Source of the DNA: an uncultured Gemmatimonadales bacterium
GTDB taxonomy: Bacteria > Gemmatimonadota > Gemmatimonadetes > Gemmatimonadales > GWC2-71-9
DNA length: 64,000 nucleotides
Direction of reading: 5' to 3'
Assembly: GCA_963728915.1 (NCBI GenBank)
Contig: CAVSLV010000001.1
Location: forward strand, 96,001-160,000
The notes beneath the pieces were generated by a model. It saw only the letters and a program-made list of their open reading frames with translations. It did no database searches and was not told the DNA's origin. Position 1 is the stretch's first letter. Every line of letters starts with the position of its first letter. The position numbers and the translations under genes are program-made. Shown in pieces: positions 29,650-39,815 of the stretch.

Positions 29650-32600
29650 CTACTCGCCCATCGCTCCCACGCCGGCCGGCTCGTGCAACCGAACCCCGAC
29701 GATCGTCGAGACCCCGGGCTCCTGCATGGTCACGCCGTAGACCGCATCGGCGGCCTGCATGGTCCGCGGGTTGTGGGTGATGACGACGAACTGGGTATTC
29801 TGCTTGAACTCGTCGAGCAGGGTGGTGAATCGTCCCACGTTGGCGTCGTCGAGCGGCGCGTCCACCTCGTCGAGCAGGCAGAAGGGACTCGGCTTCGACA
29901 GGTAGATGCTGAAGAGGAGGGACGCGGCCACCAGGGTGCGTTCGCCGCCGGAGAGCAGATGGATCCGCTGGACCCGTTTGCCCCGCGGGGCCGCGTGAAT
30001 GTCGATCTCGCTCTCGAGCGGATCGGAAGGGTCGGCCAGGCGAAGCTGGCATTCTCCCCCTCCGAACAAGGTCTGGAACACCTGCTGGAAGTTCTGCTGG
30101 ATCGCGGTGAAGGTGTCCAGGAACATGCTCCGCGCCGTGGTATCGATCTCCTTGATGGCCTGGAGGAGCGACTGTCGCGCTGCGACGAGGTCGTCCCGCT
30201 GGCTGGTGAGGAATTCGAGCCGCTTCGATTCTTCGGCGTGTTCTTCCACCGCGAGCGCATTGACCGGGCCGATCGCGTCGAGTGACGCGGCAATCCGGGC
30301 CGCTTCGATCTCGAGAGCCTCGCGGTCCAGATCCAGCGCTTCGGCCTCCGCGGACAGCGCCTCGAAGGACTGCCGCCATTCGGCTTCGACCCGGTCGGTG
30401 ATGCTCCGGCGGGTCCCCCCGGCCTCGGTGAGCTCCACTTCGAGCTGGTGGAACAGCTCGCCGGCGCTCTCCAGCTCGGCCCGTTGCCGCTGGACGTCGA
30501 CTTCGATCGTGGCGAGCCGGGCCGCCGCTTCGGCGAGTGCCGCTTCGGATTCGGCGCTGGCCCGCTCCAGTGCCTCGAGGGTGCGGCTCCGCTCTTCGCG
30601 CTGCTCCCGCCAGTCGCGTTCCTGGCCGACGAGGGTAGCCCCTTCCTCGGACAGCTTGACGATGTCGCCGGCCAGGCTCCGGGCCTCGGTTTCGGCGCCC
30701 GCGATGGTTTCCGCCGCGCGGCGAGCCCGATCTTCCGCGGCGCGAACCCGCGCGGCGAGGTGGGCTTCGCGGACCTGCCACCCGACCCGATCCTCCCGGG
30801 CGGATTCCTGTTCCGCTTCGCGCGCCTGGAGGACCCCGCGTGCTTCCTCGAGCAGAAGGGCGTCCGCCGATCCCTTCCGGGTGGCTTGGTCCAATCCGAC
30901 CTGGATGTCCCGAAGCCTGGTTTCGGTCCGCGCGATTCGCTGTTCGAGCGCGGCGCGCTGGGTTTCCCGCTCGCCCAGCTCGCGGGTGAGATTCTGTACC
31001 AGGCGAGCGGCGTCCTCCCGCTCCGCCACGGCGTGATGGCGGGACTCGCGCATCTGTTCGGACCGGGTCATCGCCTGGACGGCTTCCTGCTCGAGCGCGA
31101 CCAGCCGCTGCTCCGCGGCGGTGAGGCGGGCGACGGCTTCGCGGTGGGCGGACTCCTGCTTGTCGATCTCGCCGGCCAGGTTCGCGATGTCGGCACGGCG
31201 GCGGAGCGGCCCGACCGCCCCGGCCCCGCCGGCGAGGAGAATGGCCCCGCTGGCTCGCCGGAGGGCCTGGCCGCGTTCGTCGATCAGCTCCGAGCCGGAA
31301 AGCAGGGCTTCAACCCATCGATGGGCCGGTCCCTCCGCCTGCAGTCTGCGCTCCAGCGGACTCGGCCCGTGGCCGTTGCCCCGCGGGCCCGGATCGACCG
31401 GAAGGAGCAGCACGGCGCCGGGCTGCGATTCGGCGTGCCATTGCCGGATCGAGTCCACCGCATGCGCGTCCCGCACCAGCACCGCGTGCATCCATTCGCC
31501 CAGCAGGCGTTCGGCCAGCTCGGCGGTTTCGGGGTCGGTGCTCAGGAAGTCGCTCAGCGGTCCTAACACGGACCCGTTGAACCGGCCCCGGGCCTCGAGC
31601 AGGGCGGCGGCGCCCGGCGCCAGGCCGACCCGGTCGCGCTCGAGCTCTTCGAGGGCGGCCCGGCGGGTGGTGAGCTGACCCAGGGTTTCCTCGAGCAGAC
31701 GTTTCCGGTTCCGCTCGGAGACCTCTTCCTCCCGGGCCGCGGCGACGTCATGGCGACCCCGCTCGGCACGATCGGCCGCGGTCAGCGCGTCGGTGGTGAC
31801 CCGATCCGCACTTTCGGACGCCTGCTGGGCGGCCGCCTCGGCCCGGCCCAGCTCGAGGCGAAGGGTCTGGATCCGCTCCGCCACCGTGGTGATCTGATCC
31901 CGGAGGGCGGAGCGTTCCTGCTCGAGCGCGGTCTGCTCACCTTCCAGGCTCCTGATTCGCTGCACCGCGCTCGCGATGGCCTCTTCGGCGAGCCTCACCT
32001 GTTCGCGCGCCTCGGCGAGTCGCGCCCGGGCGCCCGCTTCCTGCGCGGTGCGGTTCTCGAGCTCGGTTCCGATTCCCCGATGCTCTTCTCCGGCTCGAGC
32101 AAGCTCGGCCTCCGCTTCGTCACGCTCACGGGCGGCTTCCTCGGTCCGGCGCGCGGCGATGCCCTGTTCCTCCTCATCGCGCCGCCGCCGCTCGCCCAGA
32201 TGGGCCAGCCGCTCGGTCGCCAGAGCAAGCTGCCCATCCAGACGCGACATCGCGACCTGGCATTCGGCGAGCTGGCGGGCGATCTCGGTGCGATGCGCCT
32301 CGGCCCGGCTCCGCTCCCTGGCCCTGGTGTCCAGGGTTTGCTCGGCGGTGCGGAGGCCCTCGCGCAGACCGGGCAGTTCTTCCGCCAGCCCGCGGTGCCG
32401 GGCCTCGGCCCCGGCCACCCGTTCGGTCAGCTCCTGGAGCTGCCGCCGTGCCAGATTGATGCTGACCGCGAACTTCTCCTCCATGAGCTTGCCGTGCCGT
32501 TCGGTCTTCCCCTTCTGTCTCGCGAGGGACCGGATCTGCGATTGCACCTCTCCCAGGAGATCCTCGAGCCGCTGGAGATCGACGGCGGTTTCTTCCAGCC

Positions 32601-33138
32601 GCCGCTCGGTGCTGTGCTTCCGATCTCGATAGAGACCGATCCCGGCCGCCTCCTCGAACAGCGAGCGCCGCTCTTCGGCGCGATCGGAAAGGAGCAGGTC
32701 GATCATCTTGGATTCGATTACGACGCCAGTGCCACCTCCCAGCCCGGTGCCGCGGAGGAGATCCTGGATGTCGCGGAGCCGGACCGGGGTGGCGTTGAGC
32801 AGGTACTCGCTCTGACCTGAGCGGGAGAGCCGGCGGGTGATCACGACCTCCCGGTAGGCGATCGGCAGGTCGCCGGCGCTATTGTCGAGGTGGAGGGAGA
32901 CTTCCGTGAGGCTGACCGGCCGGCGGCCGGCGGACCCCTGGAAGATCACATCTTCCATCTTGCCGCCTCGCAGGAGCCGGGCCGACTGTTCGCCCAGCAC
33001 CCATCGGACCGCGTCCGAGACGTTCGATTTTCCGCAGCCATTCGGACCCACGATTGCCGTCACCCCGTCGCCGAAATCGAGGGTGACCGTATCGGCAAAC
33101 GACTTGAAGCCGGAGAGCTCCAGTTTGAGCAGTTTCAT
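29650..33138 (-). CDS. smc: Chromosome segregation protein SMC
   Basis: GFKSF, GPNGCGKSN, long coiled coils with hinge, LSGGE, LDEVDAPLD. Confidence 0.96.
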   Translation of the reverse strand: MKLLKLELSGFKSFADTVTLDFGDGVTAIVGPNGCGKSNVSDAVRWVLGEQSARLLRGGKMEDVIFQGSAGRRPVSLTEVSLHLDNSAGDLPIAYREVVITRRLSRSGQSEYLLNATPVRLRDIQDLLRGTGLGGGTGVVIESKMIDLLLSDRAEERRSLFEEAAGIGLYRDRKHSTERRLEETAVDLQRLEDLLGEVQSQIRSLARQKGKTERHGKLMEEKFAVSINLARRQLQELTERVAGAEARHRGLAEELPGLREGLRTAEQTLDTRARERSRAEAHRTEIARQLAECQVAMSRLDGQLALATERLAHLGERRRRDEEEQGIAARRTEEAARERDEAEAELARAGEEHRGIGTELENRTAQEAGARARLAEAREQVRLAEEAIASAVQRIRSLEGEQTALEQERSALRDQITTVAERIQTLRLELGRAEAAAQQASESADRVTTDALTAADRAERGRHDVAAAREEEVSERNRKRLLEETLGQLTTRRAALEELERDRVGLAPGAAALLEARGRFNGSVLGPLSDFLSTDPETAELAERLLGEWMHAVLVRDAHAVDSIRQWHAESQPGAVLLLPVDPGPRGNGHGPSPLERRLQAEGPAHRWVEALLSGSELIDERGQALRRASGAILLAGGAGAVGPLRRRADIANLAGEIDKQESAHREAVARLTAAEQRLVALEQEAVQAMTRSEQMRESRHHAVAEREDAARLVQNLTRELGERETQRAALEQRIARTETRLRDIQVGLDQATRKGSADALLLEEARGVLQAREAEQESAREDRVGWQVREAHLAARVRAAEDRARRAAETIAGAETEARSLAGDIVKLSEEGATLVGQERDWREQREERSRTLEALERASAESEAALAEAAARLATIEVDVQRQRAELESAGELFHQLEVELTEAGGTRRSITDRVEAEWRQSFEALSAEAEALDLDREALEIEAARIAASLDAIGPVNALAVEEHAEESKRLEFLTSQRDDLVAARQSLLQAIKEIDTTARSMFLDTFTAIQQNFQQVFQTLFGGGECQLRLADPSDPLESEIDIHAAPRGKRVQRIHLLSGGERTLVAASLLFSIYLSKPSPFCLLDEVDAPLDDANVGRFTTLLDEFKQNTQFVVITHNPRTMQAADAVYGVTMQEPGVSTIVGVRLHEPAGVGAMGE

Positions 33139-33200
33139 TCGCGGCCAGAACCGGCGGTGGAGAGGGGAGCGGGAGCCCGCTCGTTTGGGGCAAAATAAGG

Positions 33201-33228
33201 TGACCGCTGACCGCTGACCAGTGACGGG
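33201..33228. repeat. Tandem heptamer repeat (TGACCGC-like x4), intergenic
   Basis: tgaccgc tgaccgc tgaccag tgacggg directly downstream of the SPOR gene stop. Confidence 0.6.
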
Positions 33229-34656
33229 TTACTGCTTTTTCGCCGGTAACCGGAGGAGGAAGTACGGCCGTCCCATGGCGCGGCCGATGGAGTCGGCCGA
33301 TTCCCGGGTCGTGAAGGGTCCCACCACGACTCGATAGCCCTCTTCGGGCTCGCTCGGGTCCAGAACCGAGGCGGGGTACCCGTCCGCGCGGAGCTGCTTC
33401 ATGAGCAGAGCAGCCCAATCGGCGTTCTGGGTCCGGCTGACCTGGAGGTACATCAGGATCGAATCGACCGGGACCGGTGTCACTCCTGACACGAGCGCGC
33501 TGTCCTGGACGACCGACGCCGATTCAGCCGCGGCCACCGCGGCCGGGACCCGCTCGGGGGGAACCCAGCTGATGGCGAGCCAGTGGTCCTCCCCTCCTCC
33601 CGTGAGCCTGGCGCTTTCGGGTGGAGGAGCCTGCCGCAGATCCAGACTCACCACGTCGTCCCCCTGTCGCACTACGAGATTTCCCGCTCCCGCCACGAGG
33701 GGAAGGTCGGTGTTCCATTCGCTCAGGACCGAAGCGGCGAGCCGGCCGGTGGTGAGGTCGAACACCCACACCGAGTCTCCCGCCTCCCGGTGCACCAGGA
33801 TCCAGCGACCCGAGGAATCGAGGCGGAACTGACGGGGCGGGCCGGGCAGCTGAATCGGAGCCACCTCCGCGAGGGTGAACCGGTCGAAGACCCGGATCCG
33901 GGGACGATCCTTCTCGGTGACGAAGACCCGGTGGCCCGATGGGCTGAAGGCCACCCGCTCGGCATGCTCGACGTCCAGGAAGCGCTTGGCGCGCTGACCC
34001 GCGGTCTCGACCAGCGTCACGCCGCTGTCGGACGCGATGGCCACGAGATCACCCCACGAGGTCGCGGCGACGTCTCCGGCGGGGATGGTGGCGGAATACA
34101 CCTGCTGGTCGGCGCTTGCGGTGATGAGACGCGGGGGCTTGGCCAGGATGGCTATCACCTGGTCGTTGATCGCCGGATAGAGCACGTTGGGTTCGGCCGG
34201 CAGGGAATCATGGAACGACACTTCGTCCCGCCGCGCCAGCCGTACGATGCGACGGCTGCCGTCCGCGAGATACAGGGAGCCATCCGGTCCCACCGCCCCC
34301 ACCCGGATCCCGGTCGGTCCCTTGCGAGCCAGCCGGGTCTCGAGATCGACGCCGACCAGCCCGCCCTGAGCGTCCATGGCCCAGAGCAGCCTTTCGTCCA
34401 GATTGGCTCCGAAGATCCGGCGGATGGCAGGGACTGGGTAGGAAGACCAGCCGGTTTCGACCAGGCTGTCCGGCCGGTAGGCCTCAACCGGCCCACCGCG
34501 ACTGGGAAACCGGAGGAGAGAGACCTGACCGCCGACGGCGGGGAGGTCGGGTGGTGGCGGCGGCGGCGCGGATCTGCAGCCGGTCGCGAGCAGGGACGAG
34601 CAAGCCGCCGCCCGGAGTGCCCGAGCGGCGGCCTGGCGGACATCTTGAGGGTTCAC
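33229..34656 (-). CDS. Beta-propeller lipoprotein with C-terminal SPOR domain
   Basis: Lipobox ATGC; propeller-like repeats (VAFSPSG); C-terminal YLQV...GYRVVVGPFTTRESA. Confidence 0.8.
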   Translation of the reverse strand: MNPQDVRQAAARALRAAACSSLLATGCRSAPPPPPPDLPAVGGQVSLLRFPSRGGPVEAYRPDSLVETGWSSYPVPAIRRIFGANLDERLLWAMDAQGGLVGVDLETRLARKGPTGIRVGAVGPDGSLYLADGSRRIVRLARRDEVSFHDSLPAEPNVLYPAINDQVIAILAKPPRLITASADQQVYSATIPAGDVAATSWGDLVAIASDSGVTLVETAGQRAKRFLDVEHAERVAFSPSGHRVFVTEKDRPRIRVFDRFTLAEVAPIQLPGPPRQFRLDSSGRWILVHREAGDSVWVFDLTTGRLAASVLSEWNTDLPLVAGAGNLVVRQGDDVVSLDLRQAPPPESARLTGGGEDHWLAISWVPPERVPAAVAAAESASVVQDSALVSGVTPVPVDSILMYLQVSRTQNADWAALLMKQLRADGYPASVLDPSEPEEGYRVVVGPFTTRESADSIGRAMGRPYFLLRLPAKKQ

Positions 34657-34720
34657 GGTCTGGACATTCTAGCCGTCCCGATGTGCCGGCGTCCAGCCGG
34701 TCCGTGATCCCGGGCCGCGA

Positions 34721-37700
34721 TCAGAAGGTCGGGCCCAGGCTCAGGGTCCAATAGCCTTTCTTGAGGAAGGATTTGCCGTCGGTAAAGCCGGGCCGATCGA
34801 GCGGGAAGGAATAGTCGGCTCGAACGATCAGGAAATTGAGCAGGTTGAACCGGACCCCCAGCCCGGTCGAGGTAAGCGGAGTGCGGACCGTCATGTAATC
34901 GTCTCCCGGATCGCGGTGCAGCTTGATGGTGCTTCCCGCCTCGAACATCAATCCGGCGTCGAAGAAGGCCACTCCCTCCACCGCGGGGAAAAATCCGCTC
35001 AGGAACCGTGCGCCGAAGAAGAAGGGCCACCGGAGCTCAGCCCCGGCGAGCGCCATCCTGGTTCCCACCAGCTGATCGGCCGCGCCGCAGCCGGTGGCCG
35101 AGTTCTCTCCACCGAGGAATTCCGAGCTGGTGCACTCGTTCCGGTACAGCGAGCCGTAGGTATAGCCGCGCAGGTAGTCAGGCAGCCCGGCGTAGAACTG
35201 GAATTTCTCTTCATCCCGCCCGTGCTGCCCGTAGTACTGCAGCCGGGTCGCCAGGGTGAACGGACCGGCAATCCGGTCGTAGCGGCGATAGTCGGCATTG
35301 ATCGTGGTGAACCGCCACTGGCCTATTCGCGGAGCGATCTCGAAGCGGGAGCGCTGCCCCATGATCGGCCCGACTCCGCCGAACAGCGAATTGTCGAACA
35401 CCATGGCGACACTGGGCTGGAGGAAAGTGGCTCCATCCAGGTGGGTGGTTTCGACGTAGGCATCCCGGGTCTGGAACCCGCTGACCGGATCGTAGGGCAC
35501 GACCAGACTCCGAAGATCTTCGGCGACGTTCACGACCGCCGTCCCGAATTCCACGCGCCGGAATCGACTGATCGGGTAATATCCGATCGCCGAAATCTGG
35601 CGAAGCACCAGACGAACCACGTCTTCGCGATAGAGGCGCTCGCTCGGGAGATCCGATTCCCCGATCGAGGCGCCGGCAAAGTAGAAATAGGGGATCTGCA
35701 TCGCCCCCACGCCCCAGTTGAGCCGCCGGCTCAGGTTGGCGTACTGGGTCTGGAAATACGTCTCGTTGAGCCTGCCGTTCAGGGAGGCGGCGATCAGGAG
35801 CTGGTGATTCTCCAGCATGTCGCCGAGCACGATGCCGGTCGAGCCGCTCACCCCCTGCCCGAAGCTGTTCCGGGTGTACCCGATGGTCGGCCGGGAAACG
35901 TATTCCGGCTCCAGCTTGGGCTTGTAGGTGCGGAAGGTGAATTCGTTGGTGTCCGGCACGGTGAACGTCGTCGAATCCAGGATCCGGGCCACCGAAATCA
36001 TCTCGTGGGCGGTGGTATCCGGGGGCAGGGAGTCGGCGAGCCGGAATCCCTGCCTGGTCCGGTACACCGCCCGGCCGGACAGGATCTGGGGACCCGTGGG
36101 GGCCACGGGCGGTGCGATTTTCACTTCCTGGTTCGGGGCGATCGCCGCCAGATTCCGGCCCGCGATCTCCGCATTCCACGGCCGGCTCTTGAGCGATCGG
36201 GGATTGTCCAGCGTGTAGACGTCGTAGTTGCCCTGCTCGAAGTACACGAAGGCCAGCTTGTCGGTATTACGCGCCCAGGAAAGCACCGGGCTGAGCGGGG
36301 TGATGCCCTGAACCCCGGTGTAGAAGTCGGTAAGTTGATACACCTGCTTGTCGGCCAGGTCGTAGAGATAGATGTTGGCGACCCCGTTCCGGTCGGACAC
36401 GAATGCCAGCGATTTACCATCGGGCGACCACTGCGGATCGCTGTTACGCCCGACATCGAGCCCCTCCGGGAGATCGATCCGGCCCGAATCCATGTGGTAG
36501 AGCGCGATCCGCAACGAGCCCCACCGGAGGGCTTCCATATCGGTTTCCGGACCCCGATCGGTCGAAAACGCGATGGTGCTGCCATCGGGAGACCAGACCG
36601 GGTGAAGATCGGCGTCCTTGTCGTTGGTCAGCCGGGTGAGACCGGTGCCATCGGCATTCACGGTGTAGAGGTCGGAGATCCCGCCCTGCAGCCCGCTGAA
36701 GACGAGCTTGGTGCCGTCCGGACTCCAGGTCGGCGTGGTGACCTGGGCGAGGGGCAGCCGGATCGAGCGCACCGTCCGATTCCGGTCGGTGTCGATGATG
36801 ACCAGGTCGTCCCGGCCACCCCGCTTCGCCGCGACGGCGATGTGCTTCCCGTCGGGCGACCAGCTTTCCGAGGAGTTGATGAACCGGAAGGTCTCGTAGT
36901 TGCCGCTGTAGGTGGACTTGAGAAGACGCTTCTCGCTCTTCCCGGTCTTCGTGTCGGCCAGCCACAGGTCCACGAAGTAGAAATTGCGTTCGCTCAGGTA
37001 CACGATCTTCGAGCCGTCCGGCGAAAGTGCCGGGGCGAGGTGCCAGGTCCCTCCCGTTTTCTTCTGCGTCAGGAGAACCTGGGAAATCGTGCGCGCCTTC
37101 TGCCGGTTGGCGACTTCCGGGAGATACTGTTTCTGCACCGCATCACGCCACTGGTCCACCAGCTGGGGGAAGCTCATCCCGAGCACCCGCTCGAGGGCGT
37201 TCTCGATTCCGCCGCTGGCGCCGCGCTTGGTAATCTGGGCGATCGCCTCGTCGCCCCAGCGCTGCCCGATATAGCCCACCAGGGCCTGGCCGAACCGATA
37301 GGGGAACCAGCGATAGAAATCCTGGGCGGACGGCAGCTTGCCTTCGTTGGCGGCATCCCGAAGCCACATGGCGGTATTGGGATCCACCGGGCCAAGCGAG
37401 AAATACTCGGCTTCGCCTTCGCCGAACCAGAGCGGTGCGTTGGCGGCGATGATGCCCTGCGCGCCCCCGGCCATGGTCGTGCCTTCCCCGCCGACCCGTC
37501 CCCGCGACCAGATGTCGAATTGGAACTGGTGGGTCATCTCGTGCTGGAGGACGTGCTGGTTCTCCTCGTAGGATCCGGTCAGCGGAAAGATGTTGCGGTG
37601 CCGGATGTAGTCGGTGAACCCGCCGGTGCTCTCGTCGATTTCCTCGCCCGAGGTGTTGGTCTGCTGAAAATCGGATTGCGAAGCGTAGACGATGATCGGC

Positions 37701-37942
37701 TTGCGCTCTTCGAACGTGTGGCTGAACACCCGGGACAGCTTGGCATAGGAGCGCTCCGCCATCCGGGCGATGTCGAGGGCCGCCGCCCGCTCGGCGGGGT
37801 AGTAATAGACGTCGAAATGCTCGGTCTGGATGATCTGGAAATCGAACCGACCGTACTGAACCTTGTTGCGGCCGAAGTACTGCGCGGAGAGCCCCGCGGG
37901 CAGGAGCGCCAGCAACAGCGCCAAAGCGCCGAATCGTCTCAT
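34721..37942 (-). CDS. Omp85/BamA-family outer-membrane protein fused to a gluzincin-like domain and a PD40 (TolB-like) propeller
   Basis: Signal peptide, QYFGRNKVQY, HEMTH...WFGEG, multiple WSPDG repeats, LRGY motif, C-terminal barrel ending in F. ATG at 37942. Confidence 0.85.
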   Translation of the reverse strand: MRRFGALALLLALLPAGLSAQYFGRNKVQYGRFDFQIIQTEHFDVYYYPAERAAALDIARMAERSYAKLSRVFSHTFEERKPIIVYASQSDFQQTNTSGEEIDESTGGFTDYIRHRNIFPLTGSYEENQHVLQHEMTHQFQFDIWSRGRVGGEGTTMAGGAQGIIAANAPLWFGEGEAEYFSLGPVDPNTAMWLRDAANEGKLPSAQDFYRWFPYRFGQALVGYIGQRWGDEAIAQITKRGASGGIENALERVLGMSFPQLVDQWRDAVQKQYLPEVANRQKARTISQVLLTQKKTGGTWHLAPALSPDGSKIVYLSERNFYFVDLWLADTKTGKSEKRLLKSTYSGNYETFRFINSSESWSPDGKHIAVAAKRGGRDDLVIIDTDRNRTVRSIRLPLAQVTTPTWSPDGTKLVFSGLQGGISDLYTVNADGTGLTRLTNDKDADLHPVWSPDGSTIAFSTDRGPETDMEALRWGSLRIALYHMDSGRIDLPEGLDVGRNSDPQWSPDGKSLAFVSDRNGVANIYLYDLADKQVYQLTDFYTGVQGITPLSPVLSWARNTDKLAFVYFEQGNYDVYTLDNPRSLKSRPWNAEIAGRNLAAIAPNQEVKIAPPVAPTGPQILSGRAVYRTRQGFRLADSLPPDTTAHEMISVARILDSTTFTVPDTNEFTFRTYKPKLEPEYVSRPTIGYTRNSFGQGVSGSTGIVLGDMLENHQLLIAASLNGRLNETYFQTQYANLSRRLNWGVGAMQIPYFYFAGASIGESDLPSERLYREDVVRLVLRQISAIGYYPISRFRRVEFGTAVVNVAEDLRSLVVPYDPVSGFQTRDAYVETTHLDGATFLQPSVAMVFDNSLFGGVGPIMGQRSRFEIAPRIGQWRFTTINADYRRYDRIAGPFTLATRLQYYGQHGRDEEKFQFYAGLPDYLRGYTYGSLYRNECTSSEFLGGENSATGCGAADQLVGTRMALAGAELRWPFFFGARFLSGFFPAVEGVAFFDAGLMFEAGSTIKLHRDPGDDYMTVRTPLTSTGLGVRFNLLNFLIVRADYSFPLDRPGFTDGKSFLKKGYWTLSLGPTF

Positions 37943-38340
37943 GAATGCTTCCTTTCGGCGGCGAGGTGCAGCCGGGGAGCATCGTTCCAGAGCCGCTCCA
38001 GCTGGTAGAACCCCCGCGCTTCGGGGTGAAACAGGTGAACCACGACATCGACAAAATCGAGCAACACCCACCGACCTCCCGTCACACCTTCCACGTGATG
38101 GGCCCGCACCCCGGCCTCTTCCAGTTTGCGGAGCACCGCATTCGCTATGCCGCGAACATGGGCGTCCGAGGTCCCTGAGGCCACCACGAACCAATCGGTG
38201 GCATCGTTGATTCCCCGGAGGTCGAGCGCCACCACGTCGCGGGCGTTGAGACTGTCCGCCGCCTGCCACACCAACTGCACGATCGGTGACGGCCGGCTCC
38301 CGCGGGAACCTGCGGGTCCCGTTGAGGCCGCCCGGCTCAA
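37939..38340 (-). CDS. rsfS: Ribosome silencing factor RsfS (Iojap)
   Basis: DWFVVASGTSDAHV, EG...WVLLDFVDVVVHLF...RGFYQLERLW. Start is TTG 38340 or GTG 38280. Confidence 0.92.
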   Translation of the reverse strand: MSRAASTGPAGSRGSRPSPIVQLVWQAADSLNARDVVALDLRGINDATDWFVVASGTSDAHVRGIANAVLRKLEEAGVRAHHVEGVTGGRWVLLDFVDVVVHLFHPEARGFYQLERLWNDAPRLHLAAERKHS

Positions 38341-38449
38341 CCCCTGACCTGCATGCAGACTTCCGGCCTCCACGAAATGACACGCCAGGGGTCGGGAGCC
38401 CTGAAAAGGACGGCTGCTTTCACGGTCTTCGCACAGCCCGGTGCTGCCG

Positions 38450-38896
38450 TCAGGAGGGGACCACCGTGACCCGGACCCGGGCGGGGACATCCGGATGCAC
38501 CCGCACCGGAACCAGATGCTCTCCCAGGGTCTTGATCGGATGCTCGAGCTCGATCCGCCGCTTGTCCACCGGCTGGCCGGCGCGCTCCAGAGCCGCCGAG
38601 ATGTCCTGGCTGGTGACCGACCCGAACAGGCGTTCGCCCTCTCCGGCCTTGGCCTCGATCGTGATCGAAAGGGCCTCGAGCTTTGCCGCCAGCTCCCCGG
38701 CCTGGGCGCGGTCTTCGGTCCGGCGGGCGTCCCGTGCCCGTCCCTCGGCGGCGATCCGCTTCTTGTTTCCCTCGGTGGCCTCATAGGCCAGGCCGCGGGG
38801 CAGAAGGAAGTTGCGAGCGTAGCCCGGCTTGACCCGAACCACGCTTCCGGCCCGGCCGAGCTGGTCGACGTCCTCCCGCAGAATCACTTCGATCAT
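38450..38896 (-). CDS. rplI: 50S ribosomal protein L9
   Basis: EVILREDV, VKPGYARNFLLP, LFGSVT. Confidence 0.97.
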   Translation of the reverse strand: MIEVILREDVDQLGRAGSVVRVKPGYARNFLLPRGLAYEATEGNKKRIAAEGRARDARRTEDRAQAGELAAKLEALSITIEAKAGEGERLFGSVTSQDISAALERAGQPVDKRRIELEHPIKTLGEHLVPVRVHPDVPARVRVTVVPS

Positions 38897-39786
38897 CAGG
38901 ACACTCCTTGAGGTGCGGAGGGCAACAGTCGCCCTCGAAGGTCGAGCCAGGTATCCGCCAAGCCCATGGCGATGCAGAGCCCCAGCATGAGCGGATTCAG
39001 CACGACGGCCAGGAAGATCACGAGCATCCGGAAGAGCAGGGGGGTGGGAGCCAGCAAAGCGGTCATCACCGCGAGCCCCCTTGCGGCATATAACCCGCCC
39101 CAGAGGACCACCAGATTGGCCGCGACAGCCCGACCGTTCGCCGGCAGTGGGGCCAACATCAATGCCAGACTAAAGATAGCACCCCAGATCAGGTGGTCGT
39201 TGAACCGGAATTCACGAAACCGGACCGGGGCAAGACCCAGTGGCTGCCGGGCGATCCGGTGCTGCCACAGCGCGGCGAGCGCGACGCCGGCAAGACCGAG
39301 CAGCGCCAGGAATCCCGGCATCAGCCGGCCGATCGCGGGCGCCAGGTCGAGCAGGGGAGCGGTCATTTCCCGGAGCTGTTGCTGGGTCGCGGGATCGGTG
39401 GTCATTTCGGGGAGATGGCGGTACGTGTCGGCCATGGTCGTGGCAAACGACAGTTCGATCCGGGACCAGGTCACCCCGCGCAGGAGACCCCAGGCCGAGA
39501 TCGCGATGGTGGTGATCACCAGGGCGAAGCCGCCTCGACTGAGGACACTCCATCGGGATCTGAAGCTCGCGAGTCCGAAGCCGATCGCCATGGCGACCGC
39601 GCTCGCCTTGATGAGCGCCCCGGAGAGCTCGGTCTCTCCGGTCAGGAGTCCCCAGGAGCCCGCCAGGGCGACGATGATGACGACGATCTCGAGCGGGGCT
39701 CGCGGTCGCGACAGCATCAGCAGGACGAACAACGGCGCCAGGAAATGGAACGGCGCCAGGAGCAGGAAGACTCCGAGCGCCGCCAC
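38896..39786 (-). CDS. DUF2232/YybS family membrane protein
   Basis: Multi-TM protein at the usual position between rpsR and rplI; C-terminal GLADTWLDLR. Confidence 0.82.
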   Translation of the reverse strand: MAALGVFLLLAPFHFLAPLFVLLMLSRPRAPLEIVVIIVALAGSWGLLTGETELSGALIKASAVAMAIGFGLASFRSRWSVLSRGGFALVITTIAISAWGLLRGVTWSRIELSFATTMADTYRHLPEMTTDPATQQQLREMTAPLLDLAPAIGRLMPGFLALLGLAGVALAALWQHRIARQPLGLAPVRFREFRFNDHLIWGAIFSLALMLAPLPANGRAVAANLVVLWGGLYAARGLAVMTALLAPTPLLFRMLVIFLAVVLNPLMLGLCIAMGLADTWLDLRGRLLPSAPQGVS

Positions 39787-39815
39787 ACCGCCCAGCCCGA
39801 TCCGGGAATTCCGGG

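Noticed and set aside
34916..38008. Very long antisense ORFs (1030 aa here; also 141-1031, 11066-12661, 18708-20891, 28678-30285, 43048-45132)
   Set aside because: They lie opposite well-supported genes, have no recognisable motifs, and are expected shadows of high-GC codon usage.
38306..38439. Annotating the hairpin as 6S RNA
   Set aside because: The central bubble and terminal arm look too short and no covariance search was possible; kept only as an unassigned structure.
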